Positions 40,288 through 53,600 of a stretch of 64,000 bases of DNA are shown here, in pieces (position 1 is the stretch's first letter; each line of letters starts with the position of its first letter). This stretch comes from Paraspadella gotoi. Taxonomy: Eukaryota > Animalia > Chaetognatha. The notes under the pieces were generated by a model. It was not told where the DNA came from. It saw nothing but the letters and a program-made list of their open reading frames with translations, and searched no databases. The stretch lies in contig CM119268.1 in assembly GCA_051294375.1 (NCBI GenBank), positions 1,229,218 through 1,293,217 of the forward strand. The letters run 5' to 3'. A program made the translations under genes and the position numbers.

Positions 40288-42800
40288 ACGAAGCGTATCG
40301 GTAAAACTCGGTGTCTATATATTCTCTTTTCTGATTTATGCAGAAGGGGCATCTGACCCCCCCATTTTATGGGGTCTCATAATGCTCTCTTGGAAATTGG
40401 AAATTGGAAATTCAGATAGAATGACCGAGAGTTCGATCATCTGACAGAGAGATGGAATAACAGACAAACGGATAGGCAACAACTATGTAGTCATGACAGA
40501 CTTGCGGAGAGACAGACGGATACACCGACAGACAGAGAGAAAAAACCGACAGAGAAACGGATTCCGGCCTTATTTTCCCACACCGCCTTATTTTCCTCCC
40601 TTCCTCTTCCTCCCTTCCTCTCTTTCCTCCCTTCCTCTCTTTCCTCCCTTCCTCTCTTTCCTCCCTTCCTCTTCCTCCCTTCCTATCTTTCCTCCCTTCC
40701 TCTCTTTCCTCCCTTCCTCCCCTCTCATTCACAGATGTGACTTTCAAAATCTTTCTCTAATCCCAGGTTCTTCTTTTCTCTCTTTCTCCATAAAAATCCA
40801 TATATTTTCTTCCGTCATTTCGCACAACTTTGCGACCCGTGTTTTCCGTTATTTATTTTTTTTTTCCGATTTCCATTTCCATTTAGGAGTTACATACGGG
40901 TGTGACGAGGATAGGAAGGTTAAATTCGTAGATTTCGGTTTAATCCGTGTCGTTGACCTGATATGATAATGTTACATCTTTTATCTAAAGCGACAAAAGG
41001 TGACCTGCAATTTAGGAATTTTATTTTAGGTACGTAACTTTATTTTCATGTGTATTTTTTGTGACATGACATGACGCGACATGACATGACTATATGACTA
41101 CAATAGCTTTCTTAGCCTGTGTCGGAATTCTGTCTTTTATTCTTTTTAGTTTTAGGATTTCTTGAAGGCGGCGCGAGCAGTCACTTAGATTCGCGGTTTT
41201 TTCCTGTCTTAACAAATGAGCAACTAACTATAAACGAGTTATTAACATTTTTAATATAAGTTGGATAGATCGACCGACAAACCGACCAAAAAGTGACTTA
41301 TAGAGTTTCCCCGGGAGTACACGTGTTGCAACTAAAAACCAAAGCCATTGTTTGATTCATTCCAACATTTTCGGTTCGATTAATAAATGTTGTTGTCGTT
41401 GTTATTGTTGCGGCAATTGTCATCAAAATTACACCCAGGATATTATTATACGTAGTTTTTTTTTATTTGCAGCAACAATTTTATTATTAGACGAACATGT
41501 TTCGGCTCTCAATTTGAGCCTTCATCAGCATCAAAGTTTTTTGTGAAAAGGCTCTCGAGCCCTCTTTGACGATTCGACCTCCCTCCAAGCGTGGTGGAGG
41601 CCCCGCCACCACCACGACCGCTCAATGATTCCCCTGTCTCCACTCAACGAGACAGGCGGAGACCTTTGCGCAGGCAATGGGCAGACGATGCCTCTCCCTC
41701 AACTGTAGCAACAGGACATGAGGAGGGGGAGGAGTCCACCACTCCTGTCGCAAAAGCGGCAAGAATGGACACCCACCCACCTCGCCGTCAAGCGAAAAGA
41801 GGGGGGCACTGAGAAAGCTTGTATAGAGAGACCTCCAGGTTAAACTCCCGCTCTTCTCCGGACCCACCAATCGCCTACACTGAGAAAGCTTGTATAGAGA
41901 GACCTCCAGGTTAAACTCCCGTTCTTCTCCGGACCCACCAATCGCCTACACTGAGAAAGCTTGTATAGAGAGACCTTACTATTGAACCCTTTTTTTAAAA
42001 TTAGATTACCCGCTACTGGGTCAGGATATTTTCCTGGAGGCATGTGGCACCGTGGGGGGCCGGCAGGTGTACCAGGCCAAAGAGACATTCGAGTAGCACT
42101 GGGAATCTTCCCTCAAGGAAGCCTACCTAATCCAGCATTAACATGCTCGGTCGAACTGCCCTTTCAGCCAATGACGAGCCAAGGACCCAGTCTCATCGTC
42201 CCAGCCTCTCATTTGCTAAAAGCCAAGGGTGGCCAGCTCATTTTGATCTCTTTCTTAATTCTTAACCTTTCACTCATTTTGATCTCTTTCTTAATTCTTA
42301 ACCTTTCACTCATTTTGATCTCTTTCTTAATTCTTAACCTTTCACTCATTTTGAGCTCTTTCTTAATTCTTAACCTTTCACTCATTTTGAGATCTTTCTT
42401 AATTCTTAACCTTTCACTCATTTTGATATCTTTCTTAATTCTTAACCTTTCACTCATTTTGAGCTCTTTCTTAATTCTTAACCTTTTATTTTACTAATTA
42501 CTAATTAGTAATTACTCACCAAATTTCATTTTCTAATTTCTTTATTTCCTTTTTCAATTATTTATTAATAGTTAATTATTAATTTCAGTATACAAAAAAC
42601 TTTTCATTTGTTGTACATTAAAAAATGTATTATTTTCTCTTTCCGTCTCCATCTCCCTCTCTCTCTCTCTCTCTCTCTTTATCTCTCTCTCTCAAATTGA
42701 TCATTTCATTTCTTTTTCAAAACTAAAATCTATCTGTCCTTACCCTTAGCCTATTATCACCAATGACCACTGTCCTTACTAAACTCTGTGTTGGAAACTT

Positions 42801-42880
<80 letters not shown>

Positions 42881-43188
42881 CTATCTCCCTCTCCTTCTTT
42901 TGTAGAAAAATTTTTGAGTAATTCACAAAAAACTTTGACGCTGATGAAGGCTCAAATTGTGAGCCGAAACATGTTCCTCTAATAATAAAATTGTTGTTGC
43001 AAATAAATTATTCGTCTCTTTAAACGTAGTAAACAAAAACGGATCGTTAATGTTACATACTTTTTGGGCTTAGATCGAAATTCCTCGGGGATTTTCTAAC
43101 TCTTCTCCTCTTCCGCCTCCCCCCCCCCGCAGTATGGTGACCTCTTTCGATAACTTGACCCTGGATTTTTCTTCTCTCTACTCTCTCT

Positions 43189-43241
<53 letters not shown>

Positions 43242-43268
43242 CTCTCTCTTCTCTCTCTCTCTCTTCTT

Positions 43269-43300
<32 letters not shown>

Positions 43301-46300
43301 GCTGCATATGACTTTCGGCCCCACGCGGATCTCAATTTCGGCCCCGCCCAAGGGAAACGTAAAAAATGATGATGATGGGAGTTCCCCGTAACAGCTTAAC
43401 GATCATTGAGTGACCTTTATGATATATAATCAATTTAATCATAAAAAAAGAATGGTTATTGCAATGTGTTGCGCCGCAGTGACTTTATTTTTACCTTATT
43501 TCCCTTTGATCTTATGATATGACATGACATGATAAGACTAAAAAACTTTCTTCGCCCGTATATTTATGACATGCACTGCATCCAAATTCTGTATTTTATT
43601 CCTTATAGTTTTAGGAATTCATGAAGGTGGCATTAGCAGTGCCTAAGATTTTAAGTGTTTTTCCTGTCTTAACAAATGAGCAACCAACTATAGGCAAATT
43701 TTAGGCATTTTTAAAGAAAGTGGGACAGACCGACTGACCGACCGACCAAAAAGTGACTTATATAGTTGCTCCACGAGTACTCGCGGCGCTACTAAAAATG
43801 GATGCGGGCGAAGCTCCCCAAAAATATTGGTTTGAGAAAGGAAAAGAAGCCCAGTTCAAACATATACAGAGTGTCTGAAGCGGACTGTCACTTTACAAAT
43901 GAACGCTGTGTCAAATGGGTTAGGTGAATGATTAATTTAAAAGTTCATACAGTTTTTTTTTTTGGTATCTCCTACGCTCTACTCGGTAACTAGAGCTGAG
44001 GTGAAAAATTTTTTACGGTTTCAATTCTCACCCATTTAATATTATTGCTCTTGGTTCTTGCGTTCAATTGTTAATTTCGAACCGAGCGAAGGTCAGTTAG
44101 TTAACCTCATTCTAATTTTAGGAACAAAAGACGGACAATGTATTTAGTATTTAAAGAACAGACGACAGACAGACTGACGGAACGACGGACCCACGGGGCG
44201 ACAATCCAAATTTACCGAGCGACCGACCAACGACCGACCGACTAAAGTCAAAGAATCAAATAGAAAAGAGAATTTATTCGAGTCGTAAAAAAGAAGGAAG
44301 TGACAATTTGGAAGAAAAGAATAAGATTCTTTTCTTTTTTTTTTCTTTTTTTTTTTTTCTTTTTTATTGACAATTTGAAGCGTTGACCAAATGAGAAAAA
44401 AATCTTGGCTTGATTTCGTTTAACGAACTAATCGTGTTCCGTTCTCCTTCCGTTCCGTTCTCCTTCAGTTCTCCGTTCTCCTACGTTCTCCTTCGACGCA
44501 AATTCAATCTAATGATGTTTATTTTTAAATCTTTTTTTTCTGTGACCTTTTAATAATATCTTTAAGATAACGATCCCACAGTTTCTGGTTAAGCCGGCTC
44601 GTCACCGTTTTTGCAATGAACATTCAGACCAAAGCGTGTAGATTGTAGAATCTGCGACACTGATTTCTCACGATCTTTTTCGTCTTGATCCATTCTCATA
44701 AGTTTTCACTTACTTGAACTTAGAACTTTCTCACAAACTCACAAATCTGTGACTATGGACGACGACCCTCTGCTTCGAATTTCTTCCATTCAAAATCATA
44801 CTGCTCTTTGTATTTTGATGCTTGGGCGGAGTACAATAATATATTCCCCGATCTAACGCTTGAAGGAGTGGCCTTTTTATGAAATTGAAACCTTCTTTGA
44901 AATATTATGCCACTTCCTTGTTATGGAAGCCAAGTAATCTGGAAGTGAATAGACTGTGAGAGAGTCTTGATTGAAAGCTTGCAGAGGGAAAATAGCTTAT
45001 TTATTAAATAGCTTATTTATTAAATGAATGGATAATTTTTAAATTGGCTCTACCAATTTTAACACCTACTTATGACTTCAAGAAAATCGTTTTCCTTCAA
45101 TCGTTGAAAACATTTATTTCTCCTCGAATCTCGATAATTCCGTTGTTCCTTTTTTTTTCCTCCCGATTCCTTCGCCCTCTACGTTTTACTGCTCCGATAT
45201 ATCAACACCTGTCTTTCTCCCCAACAGATGGATCTGCATCTGTCATCCGACGTACGCGATGCGATTTTGTCGGGTGCAGACGGCGCGTCGTATCGGTGTA
45301 TTTGTCTTCCTCTTCGTCTTCATTCTCTCACTCCCCAGCCTCTTTCGCTACGAAAAGATGGTGAGTTGTGATAAATGCGAGTTTTTGTGATAATCGTGAT
45401 AAACGCGATAAGAAAAAAAAAACCACGTTAAACTCCGACCGGCGAAGATGTTATTTTTTTTTCTTCGGCCGGATGTAAAATCGTTGAATTATGTATTTTT
45501 CCAAAGACCGCGTGAATCTTAATGTTCGACTTGATATAGGGCGAATAAGTTATTGTTGATATTTATGCGCTGGCAATTTTTGGAATCGGTCTCAATACGC
45601 GGTGACCTTTGTGAAATTACGGTCAGCATTGTGCTTCACTTTGCTCCAAGATTCATTCTCTGCTTTTCGAAAGTTTTATGTTTAAATTTAAATTTAAAAC
45701 ACTATTTTTTACAAACGACTCGAGTCTAAAATTGATCAGGCCTTAAATTGTGAATCGGCTTCGCTGAAAATCGGAAACGCCTTGTTTTTAAATGGAAATT
45801 TGAATGAAAAAAACGTTTTGTTTTAACTCAAAACCAGGCGGCATCTCTACTTGAAAATTCGGCCGTGTTCGAGTCAGAGGCGCACAAAAAAATTGTTTTT
45901 GTTTCTAGAAACAATTTCGTGGAGAAAGGAAAAAAAAATCGGGAAATTGCAAGTGAATTAAGCTCAGTTGGAGAGACTGCAGAATTTTGGGTTTTAAGTT
46001 CGACTCGAATCGAAAAGCACGTTCTTAGTCTGTCGGTCTGTTTATTGTCTGTCTTTCTGTAGCAACCAACGCTTTAATTCATTCGCTTAAATTTTTGGAT
46101 ACACTTAAATTTAAAAAATGTTCATATCCAAGATAATGCTACCAAGTCTCGATTTTATGCATGTCTTGTTTTCCATATTTTCCGTACATTATTGTAACCG
46201 TAAACCGCTGCCCGCCTACATCGCAGAAAACAAAACAAAACAAAAGACGCGTCGCTGATTTTCTTCGCTCCAACTTTTCGCCAACGCAGAGAGAAACGTT

Positions 46301-49300
46301 CTTTTTTTATTTATTGTTTTCCCCGCACCCGCCAGGGGGGAATTTCCGTCGCCTTTTGTTTTCATATTTCTTTTTTCACGGATTTTTTTTCTCCTTATTT
46401 TTATTTGCAAAGACAAAGAAATTGTCAACGTATTTTTTTTCATGTATGCAATTTATTTTTAGGTTTACCGCTCGAATGAATTATTTTTTTTAAAACAAGG
46501 TTGATTAAACATTTCAAGAGATTTTTATGTTCAGTTTCGCGTAGGTCGGTCAGTCTTACTAGTTAGGTTTGTATAGCTCTGGATCTCTATTGGAGAATTA
46601 ATATATATGACCTATTATGCTTATTAAATCGTTTTTTGTTTGAAAAAAAAAGATCTAAAACGAAATTAAATCGATAATAATTAAGAAATCTGATAAAAGG
46701 CGGCGGCTTCGGCGGCTGCGGCTGCGGCTGTGGCTGCGGCTGCGGCGGCGTCGGCTGCGGCGACTGCGTTGATGCCGACGACGAAGATTTCCGGTGTCAC
46801 TTTAAAAAATTATTAACTCGAGGCGTTTCTCCAATGACATGAATTTTTGGTCGGTCGGTCTCTCCCTTGGCTTTTTCCTGTTTATGGTTCCATTAAAAAA
46901 GTTAGCTATGAATCCTAAAGCTACTGAATCTTGATAATTTCCGAAAAGGTATTTCCGCTTAGAGGCTAAACAACATTTGTTTTTATTTTACACGCATCTT
47001 TTTTTTCCCCCTTTTTTTACACAATGGAACCGGATCAGCGACTCGGCTGATGCCATTTGTTATTCCATCAATGAGATGTTAGAGTGGGATTGTTGTGGGC
47101 GATTCCTCTTCACGATTCCTCTTCACGATTCCTCTTCACGATTTTTCTTCACGATTCCTCTTCACGATTCCTCTTCACGATTTCTCTTCACGATTCCTCT
47201 TCACAATTTCTTCTTACGATTCCTCTTCATGATTCCTCTTCACAATTTCTCTTCACAATTTCTCTTCACGATTTCTCTTCACGATTCCTCTTCACGAATC
47301 CTCTTCACGATTTCTCTTCATGATTCCTCTTTACGATTTCACTTCACGATTCCTCTTCATGATTTCTTCTCACGATTCCTCTTCATGATTCCTCTTCATG
47401 ATTCCTCTTCACGATTCCTCTTCATGATTCCTCTTCACGATTCCTCTTCACGATTCCTCTTCATGATTCCTCTTCTCGATTCCTCTTCACGATTCCGTCT
47501 TTATCAATGAGAGAGCTCGAGTCTATCTCTTGCAGATTCTTCTCACGTCGTCGATCCGATTACGGTTTTTCAAGTTCGATTCCTCTGTGATGATCTTAAA
47601 CTTTATTTTTTATTTTCTTCTTTTCTTTTTCTCTTTCTTTTCCTTCCATTTCTTAGTTGCTGCGCAATTTTTGCTTCCTTCTGAAAGGTTTTCCTTTTTT
47701 TTTAGTTTCGCAGCGACTACTCGCGGAGCAACTCTATAAGTCAATTTCCTTTACTGATTAAAGTTAATTTAACTTTCTAGCAACTTTGAATAGTGAATAC
47801 AGACATGGCATCAAATTGTACAAACGTGCGGATGCAAATGAGATTATTAACGCGACGAAAATAAACAAAGAAACAAATAAACAAAAAGGTCATCGGTGCA
47901 CAAATCTCACTTCGCTTTTCCCTATTAGTACTAAATTTAATTCCCACCTTCCTTTTTTTACAGTCCTGTCCAGTTCATAGACAATTACATTTGAGCAATG
48001 TACAACAAAGATATATATTAAAAACTTGACTGTTAACATTGTAGAAATAAATAAATTAGTTGAAAGTTGCTTTAGTAAAATGAAATTTAAAAATTGAAAA
48101 TTGAAATATGATAGGAGTATTAAGGATAGATAAGTAAGAGATAATAGTGAAATTACAGAATTAAGAAAGAGTGCCGGGTCATTGGTGTGTCATTGGCTGT
48201 GAGGATAATGGGGTTGCTCTTATGTGAGCCGGGTCAGGTATTGTCCCCTTGGGGAAACAAACCGAGTGCTACCCTGATATCCCTTAGGCCTGATACGCCT
48301 TCCGACTGCCCTCTTCTCACCTGACGGTGAGGCGGGCCGGTGTCCACCCTTGCTGTTTTAGCCGTCGTTTGGGGCGGCGCTCAGGTCCCAGAGAGAGGGA
48401 CCGAGTTGCTTCAGGAGAGTTGGAGGCATCAGATACCCATAGGTTAACCAAAGGTCTCTCTGCCTGGCCCTTGAATGAGGACAGGGGAGTCATTGTACGG
48501 CTGTGGTGGTGTAGGGCGTAATTTGGAGGGCGATCGAATCATCCTCCATCACGGTTCAAAGAGGGCTCGAGAGCTTTGATGTAGACTGCCTCTCTCATAC
48601 CTCTTTAGAACCTGTTTTGGTCATGGGACAACACGAGACAGTCTTTCTCGCTGAACTGGTGGCCAGTTAAAGTCGAATGCTCGGCTATGGCGGACATGAT
48701 ATGTCCCCTGGCGTCACAGTAAGGTCTTACATGTTGCTGGAACCGATTTGAGAGAGATTTGCCTGTCTCGCCCACATATGCTGCTGCACAGGGTTGGTTG
48801 CCCGCCCCTGCACAGGCCGCCCAATAGACGGCTCCTGAAGTTTTTGGTCTAGGGATTTTGTCTTTCTGTTTCACCAATTGCTCACGGAGAGAGCCACGGG
48901 CCGTCACTGAGGTGAAGATCCCCTGCTTTGCTCGCACCCACACCAATGACTCAGTGATCCCCTGGTGGTAGGGGAGGGACATGTGGCCCACGTTCTTGTG
49001 GTGCTTCTGCTTATCTTCCATTTTCACTGTGGTGGGCGCGGTCGGCACTTCAGCAGCAAGGCCCCAGCCATCCTCCTGGGGGGCGGAGGATGGGCCAGCG
49101 TCAGCGGTTACTTGGGTATCAGGGATATCAGAGTAGCACTCGGTTTGTTTCCCAAGGGAACAATATCTGACATAAGAGCAACCCCATTATCCTCACAGCC
49201 AATGACACACCAATGACCCGGCACCATCAGCAATACCTTTCCTTCATAAGATCGAGGGGGGCCAACTCATTTTGAGCTTATTCTTAATTCTGCAATTTCA

Positions 49301-50604
49301 CTATTATCTCTTACTATCTATTCCTAATGCTTTAATAATTGTCTATGAACTCTCTCTCTCTGTCTCTCTGTCTCTCTCTCTCTCTGACCAAATTTCACTT
49401 CTTCTTCACAACTTACTCAATCTGGCCTAATCTCAAATCTGTCCTCACCTCTAACCACTGTCCTTTATCAATTCTTTGTTGGAAACTTTAAACCTGACCT
49501 TTCTCTTTCTCTCTCTGTGAGAAATGTTTGTTTTCTCGCTAGCGGAGACGGCATTCAAACGTCTCCCTTTTCTGACTGTTTTAACGTGGGTTTTGAGTAA
49601 TATGACGTTTTTGTATTGAACGAGAAACTTTAATGGTTTATCACACCGAAAACCCGTAAAAACGGGATTCAAAACAGGCAGACGTTTCAGCTTGAGTCTA
49701 AAAACAGGACTAAAAAATATTATCATTTCCCTCCAAAAATCGACTAATAAAATACGGTGAAAATGTGGACCGGCCAGACTAAAATGACCGGTCAAACTCG
49801 CGTACTAAGAATTTGAGGGAACGAGGGAGAAAAAGAGAGAAGAGACATAGCATTTTTCTCATACTCTCTCTTACTCATTGCTTTACACTCACATTATTTC
49901 AAAACTGCAAAAGCGCTGAAGAAGGCTCGCAACAAGAGTCAAAACGTGTGTTTTTTATAATATATGCGTAAAACGAGCGCAACTTAAGTTTGAAGAGTGT
50001 CCTCTTTTTTTTTGCACAGGACCGTAAAAGAAATTTCCTTTCCTCTTCAGGACGCCGACGACGCTGTCGTGACCGCCGCTTCCTCTCTGGCGTCGCAATC
50101 GCCGCCCGGCGTCGTTGGCCAAAACAACGCCGGAAATTTCGACGTCGCTAACTTTGACGCCGTCAACACGAATCGATCTTCGTCGCCGGATTCCGTGACG
50201 TTCGCCTTCGAAAACTCGATCGGCGCCAACGCCAACGAGCGTCTCGACTCTTACGCCAAATTTGACGTCAACGCCAACGCCAGTCTCGACGCCAACGAGC
50301 GTCTCAACTCGTCCGCCTTCGATCCTCCACTTCCGGTTCAACTGACGACCTTCGGTAAATCAACTTTCTACATTCATTACAGGTAAAGTTCATTCAGGGC
50401 CTCAATCTTTTGAATCACATTTATACCGAATGCTTCACGAAAGATATCTTTTTATTATTATTATTATTATTATTTATTATATATTATTATTATTATTTAT
50501 TATATATTATTATTATTATTATTATATATTATTATTATATATTATCATCGCAGAGGAATCCACTTTGGTTTCGCCTAGAAATCCCTGTCTATTTACTTAA
50601 TTGT

Positions 50605-50636
<32 letters not shown>

Positions 50637-50646
50637 ATTATTATTA

Positions 50647-50698
<52 letters not shown>

Positions 50699-53600
50699 TA
50701 TTATTATTATTAATTATTATTATTATTAATTATTATTATTCGGAACACTCGATATTGTTCTTTTTTTTCGACGTATCAGTTTATGATAAGTATTTCGTTA
50801 ATATTAATTAAAGCTGATGAAGACTCGAACCAATAGAGTCGAAACATGTACTTGTGACAAGTTTTAGACTTAGCATTTTCTCTTGTTGATTTTTGTATTT
50901 GTTGTTGGAGAATAAATTCATTCTCGATCTGAACCTCGTCCCGTTTACTTGCCACATACTCTTATTAAATAAAAATCGTTGTATTGGCACAATAATAAAC
51001 CTTTCTTAATATTAAATTTAATTTAATTTAATTTCTCAATATCTCAAGCGATGTTTTTCGGATTTTTCTTCAGTCGAGTTATTTAATGACTTATGACATC
51101 AAACCAATATTTTCAATATTTTGAGTCAAGGATTAAATTTTTTTTTTCTTCTGCCAAGCCTGCTTATTTCTTAACGTTAAAAATAACCACCTGGCTTTTT
51201 ATAAAATCTAGTAATGAATTAATCTCATTAACAAATCCGTTCATCCAAAGCGATTTCTTCTGATTTTTCTCTTTCGTCTGCTCGTATAAATCTAAATGTC
51301 TGCGAGGGACGTAAGAGAATAGCGAAAGTCACAAATGCGTTTGGTGATTATCGCAAAACACTATGATACTTTGTCATAACGAAGACAAAACGAGCTTCTT
51401 GATCAATCAGATATAGGTATTAGGGTGGAGTGATTAAAAGATTGAGCGATGGAACCATGTTTTTTTGCTGCCTTTGTATATGTAATAAAAAATAATTAAG
51501 TCATTTTTAAAAAAAAAAATTATAACAGTATCCTTAATTGAATTTTTTTTATAAAATCAGAAATTTTTTAAATCATATTTTTTAAATTTTTTCAGTTTTG
51601 GATTCGCCGGAAAAAACTGAAAAACTTTTGTAAAATATGTTACATGATATTTTTAGGTTAAAGCCGCGAAAAATGACCAAAGCGTTTCATGATATAATAG
51701 TTTTTAATACAAAGCGTGAAAAAGTGAAGAATTTGACCTTTTTTTTCCATTTTTGACGCTGAAAACATTAAAATTTTTAATAACATATTTTATATTTTTG
51801 ATCTAACATTTTAAGAAGAATCAGAATCTTTAATAAAAATTTTTTTAAAAAATAATTAAAAAATTTATGATTTTATAAGGATAATACTATAAATATATTG
51901 TAATTAATGATACTGTTCCCCAAACAATATAAGCAAAATATTTTTCGTACTCCTTAATCATACTATCTCATGTCTAAATATCCTTGTTTGTTCACTCAAA
52001 TAAAATTTATGTTCCCCAGTGCTCCACTCTAATAGGTATGGTGGTCAATGATTATTAATAATGTAGACTAAGCGCGATGCTCACTCAGAGTGTTAATGAG
52101 AGAGAGTTTGGGTTTGGTTTAGAACTACACTTTAGCACCCTCGCCACCATCCCCGCCCCCTTTTTTCACAGCCGCCTTTTCATCGCCCTCCGAACTTTCC
52201 TTCCACTCACTTCCCTATCTCTCCTCAACGCGTGCGTCATCCTTCGAGTGTGGTCGCGACGCGGCCGACGCCCACTTCGCGTCAAACGTCACAGCGTCAC
52301 GCTCGTTCTCGCCATCGTCGTCTTTCTCTATTTTCTCTGCTTCACGCCCGACGCCATATTGTCGGTCGCGTACGACGGCGCCTACATCGATGCGCCCGTG
52401 GAGCCGGTCAACGTCAAGGCGATCCGAGAGGCAAGCGGAGGGAGGCGGGGCGGGGCGGCGTGTGGGCTTGGCGATACTTTAAAAATAAGTTTTACGTCTC
52501 TGAATTGTTATAGATTTGATTTGTATTCGTGCTCCTGTTTTCTTATTTGTTTTTCTTTTGTCATTGTAAAACATGAATATTTTTTAGTTTATCACCTGCG
52601 GATTTAAAACTCGAATCATTCAAATGATGATATTTTGGCGAAGCTGGAAGGAAGACGCATTGAAAAAAACTTCAGAGGCCGCTTGTAAACGATCGTAGCA
52701 TCGCAGAGGGAAACTGAACCAAAAATGTAATCAGATCCGCGACTCGGATAAAATATACCGAGGACTGACTAATGAGAAGACAGGCTTCATGCCATCGGGA
52801 AAAAAGGCCCGTGTCGATGATTCGATTGTATTGTATAAATACCAGACCATTTTGTATTGAATCCATCTGTCCCAAATTCTGGACACCGTCTTTGCTTGTG
52901 GCTTTTCTGAGAATAAAAACCACTTTTGGTTTCATGTTGAAACTTCTGTCTACTTACTTAAATGTGGTGACAGGAGTGGATTTGAAATTAAAAAGCATTG
53001 TAACTTTTTGATTTATAGATGTTCCATTACCGAAAAATATGTTATTCATATTTTATAATTACTGAAAAATTTTAAAACATAGCATGTAATTAATGTAAAA
53101 AAAATAGAAATTTAAACTCTTAGAATAATCTTATTTAGTCATTTTGAATTTTTTTTTACAAAAGGTAAGTTATGTAAGAGAGTTTATGGGTTAAAAAAAA
53201 AAAATTCGGGCCGGCACTCCGGCCGAGACCCGCCTTATGTTTTCCAGCCCGCGTTGGAAGATTAACTTTTTATTTTCTCTCTTTACATTCGTCTCCCGAA
53301 TGCTTTATCGGTTTTTACATTTTCGATATTTCACGGAAAGCGATAAAGATGGAGGGGTTAGGGGAGATTAGAGTTATGGGTGATTTGTGGTGAGAGAGCA
53401 GTTATTTCGTGGGTGGGGATTCGTGGATAACAAAGTTATTTTAAAGCTTTTTGCATCATTAAGTCGAAATTAATGGCGGAAAAGGGAATTTTCGAGAAAA
53501 TTAAGTTTACGACGAAGTTTCGATTAAAGTTTTTTTCTTCTTTGTTTTCTCGATTAAAATTGGCCTTAAACTAAGCAACGCCGAATCATTAAAATCGAAT

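Larger units (their letters stand above)
41462..43007 (+). mobile_element. Penelope-like element 3' remnant bounded by 86-bp inverted tails that contain hammerhead ribozymes (in GPCR intron 2)
   Basis: 41462-41547 is the reverse complement of 42922-43007 (4 mismatches seen); the internal sequence starts aaggctctcgagccctctttga (KALEPSL), homologous to the GIY-YIG C-terminus at 48555-48575; 42085-42250 resembles 49122-49290. Confidence 0.85.
47973..49955. mobile_element. 5'-truncated Penelope-like retroelement with an inverted copy of its 3' region (in GPCR intron 3)
   Basis: 48113-48283 is an inverted repeat of 49122-49330 flanking the GIY-YIG remnant; the plus-strand arm continues through (CT)n to a degenerate hammerhead at 49913-49952. 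Confidence 0.8.

Noticed and set aside
1-44000. Dozens of ORFs rich in SLSLSL, RERERE, FFFF or PFP
   Set aside because: They are translations of (CT)n/(GA)n microsatellites, low-complexity tracts or N gaps, with no domain signal or splice structure.
46699-46770. (GGCTGC)n island as a poly-Ala exon
   Set aside because: No credible splice sites, and it is not needed for the GPCR reading frame.
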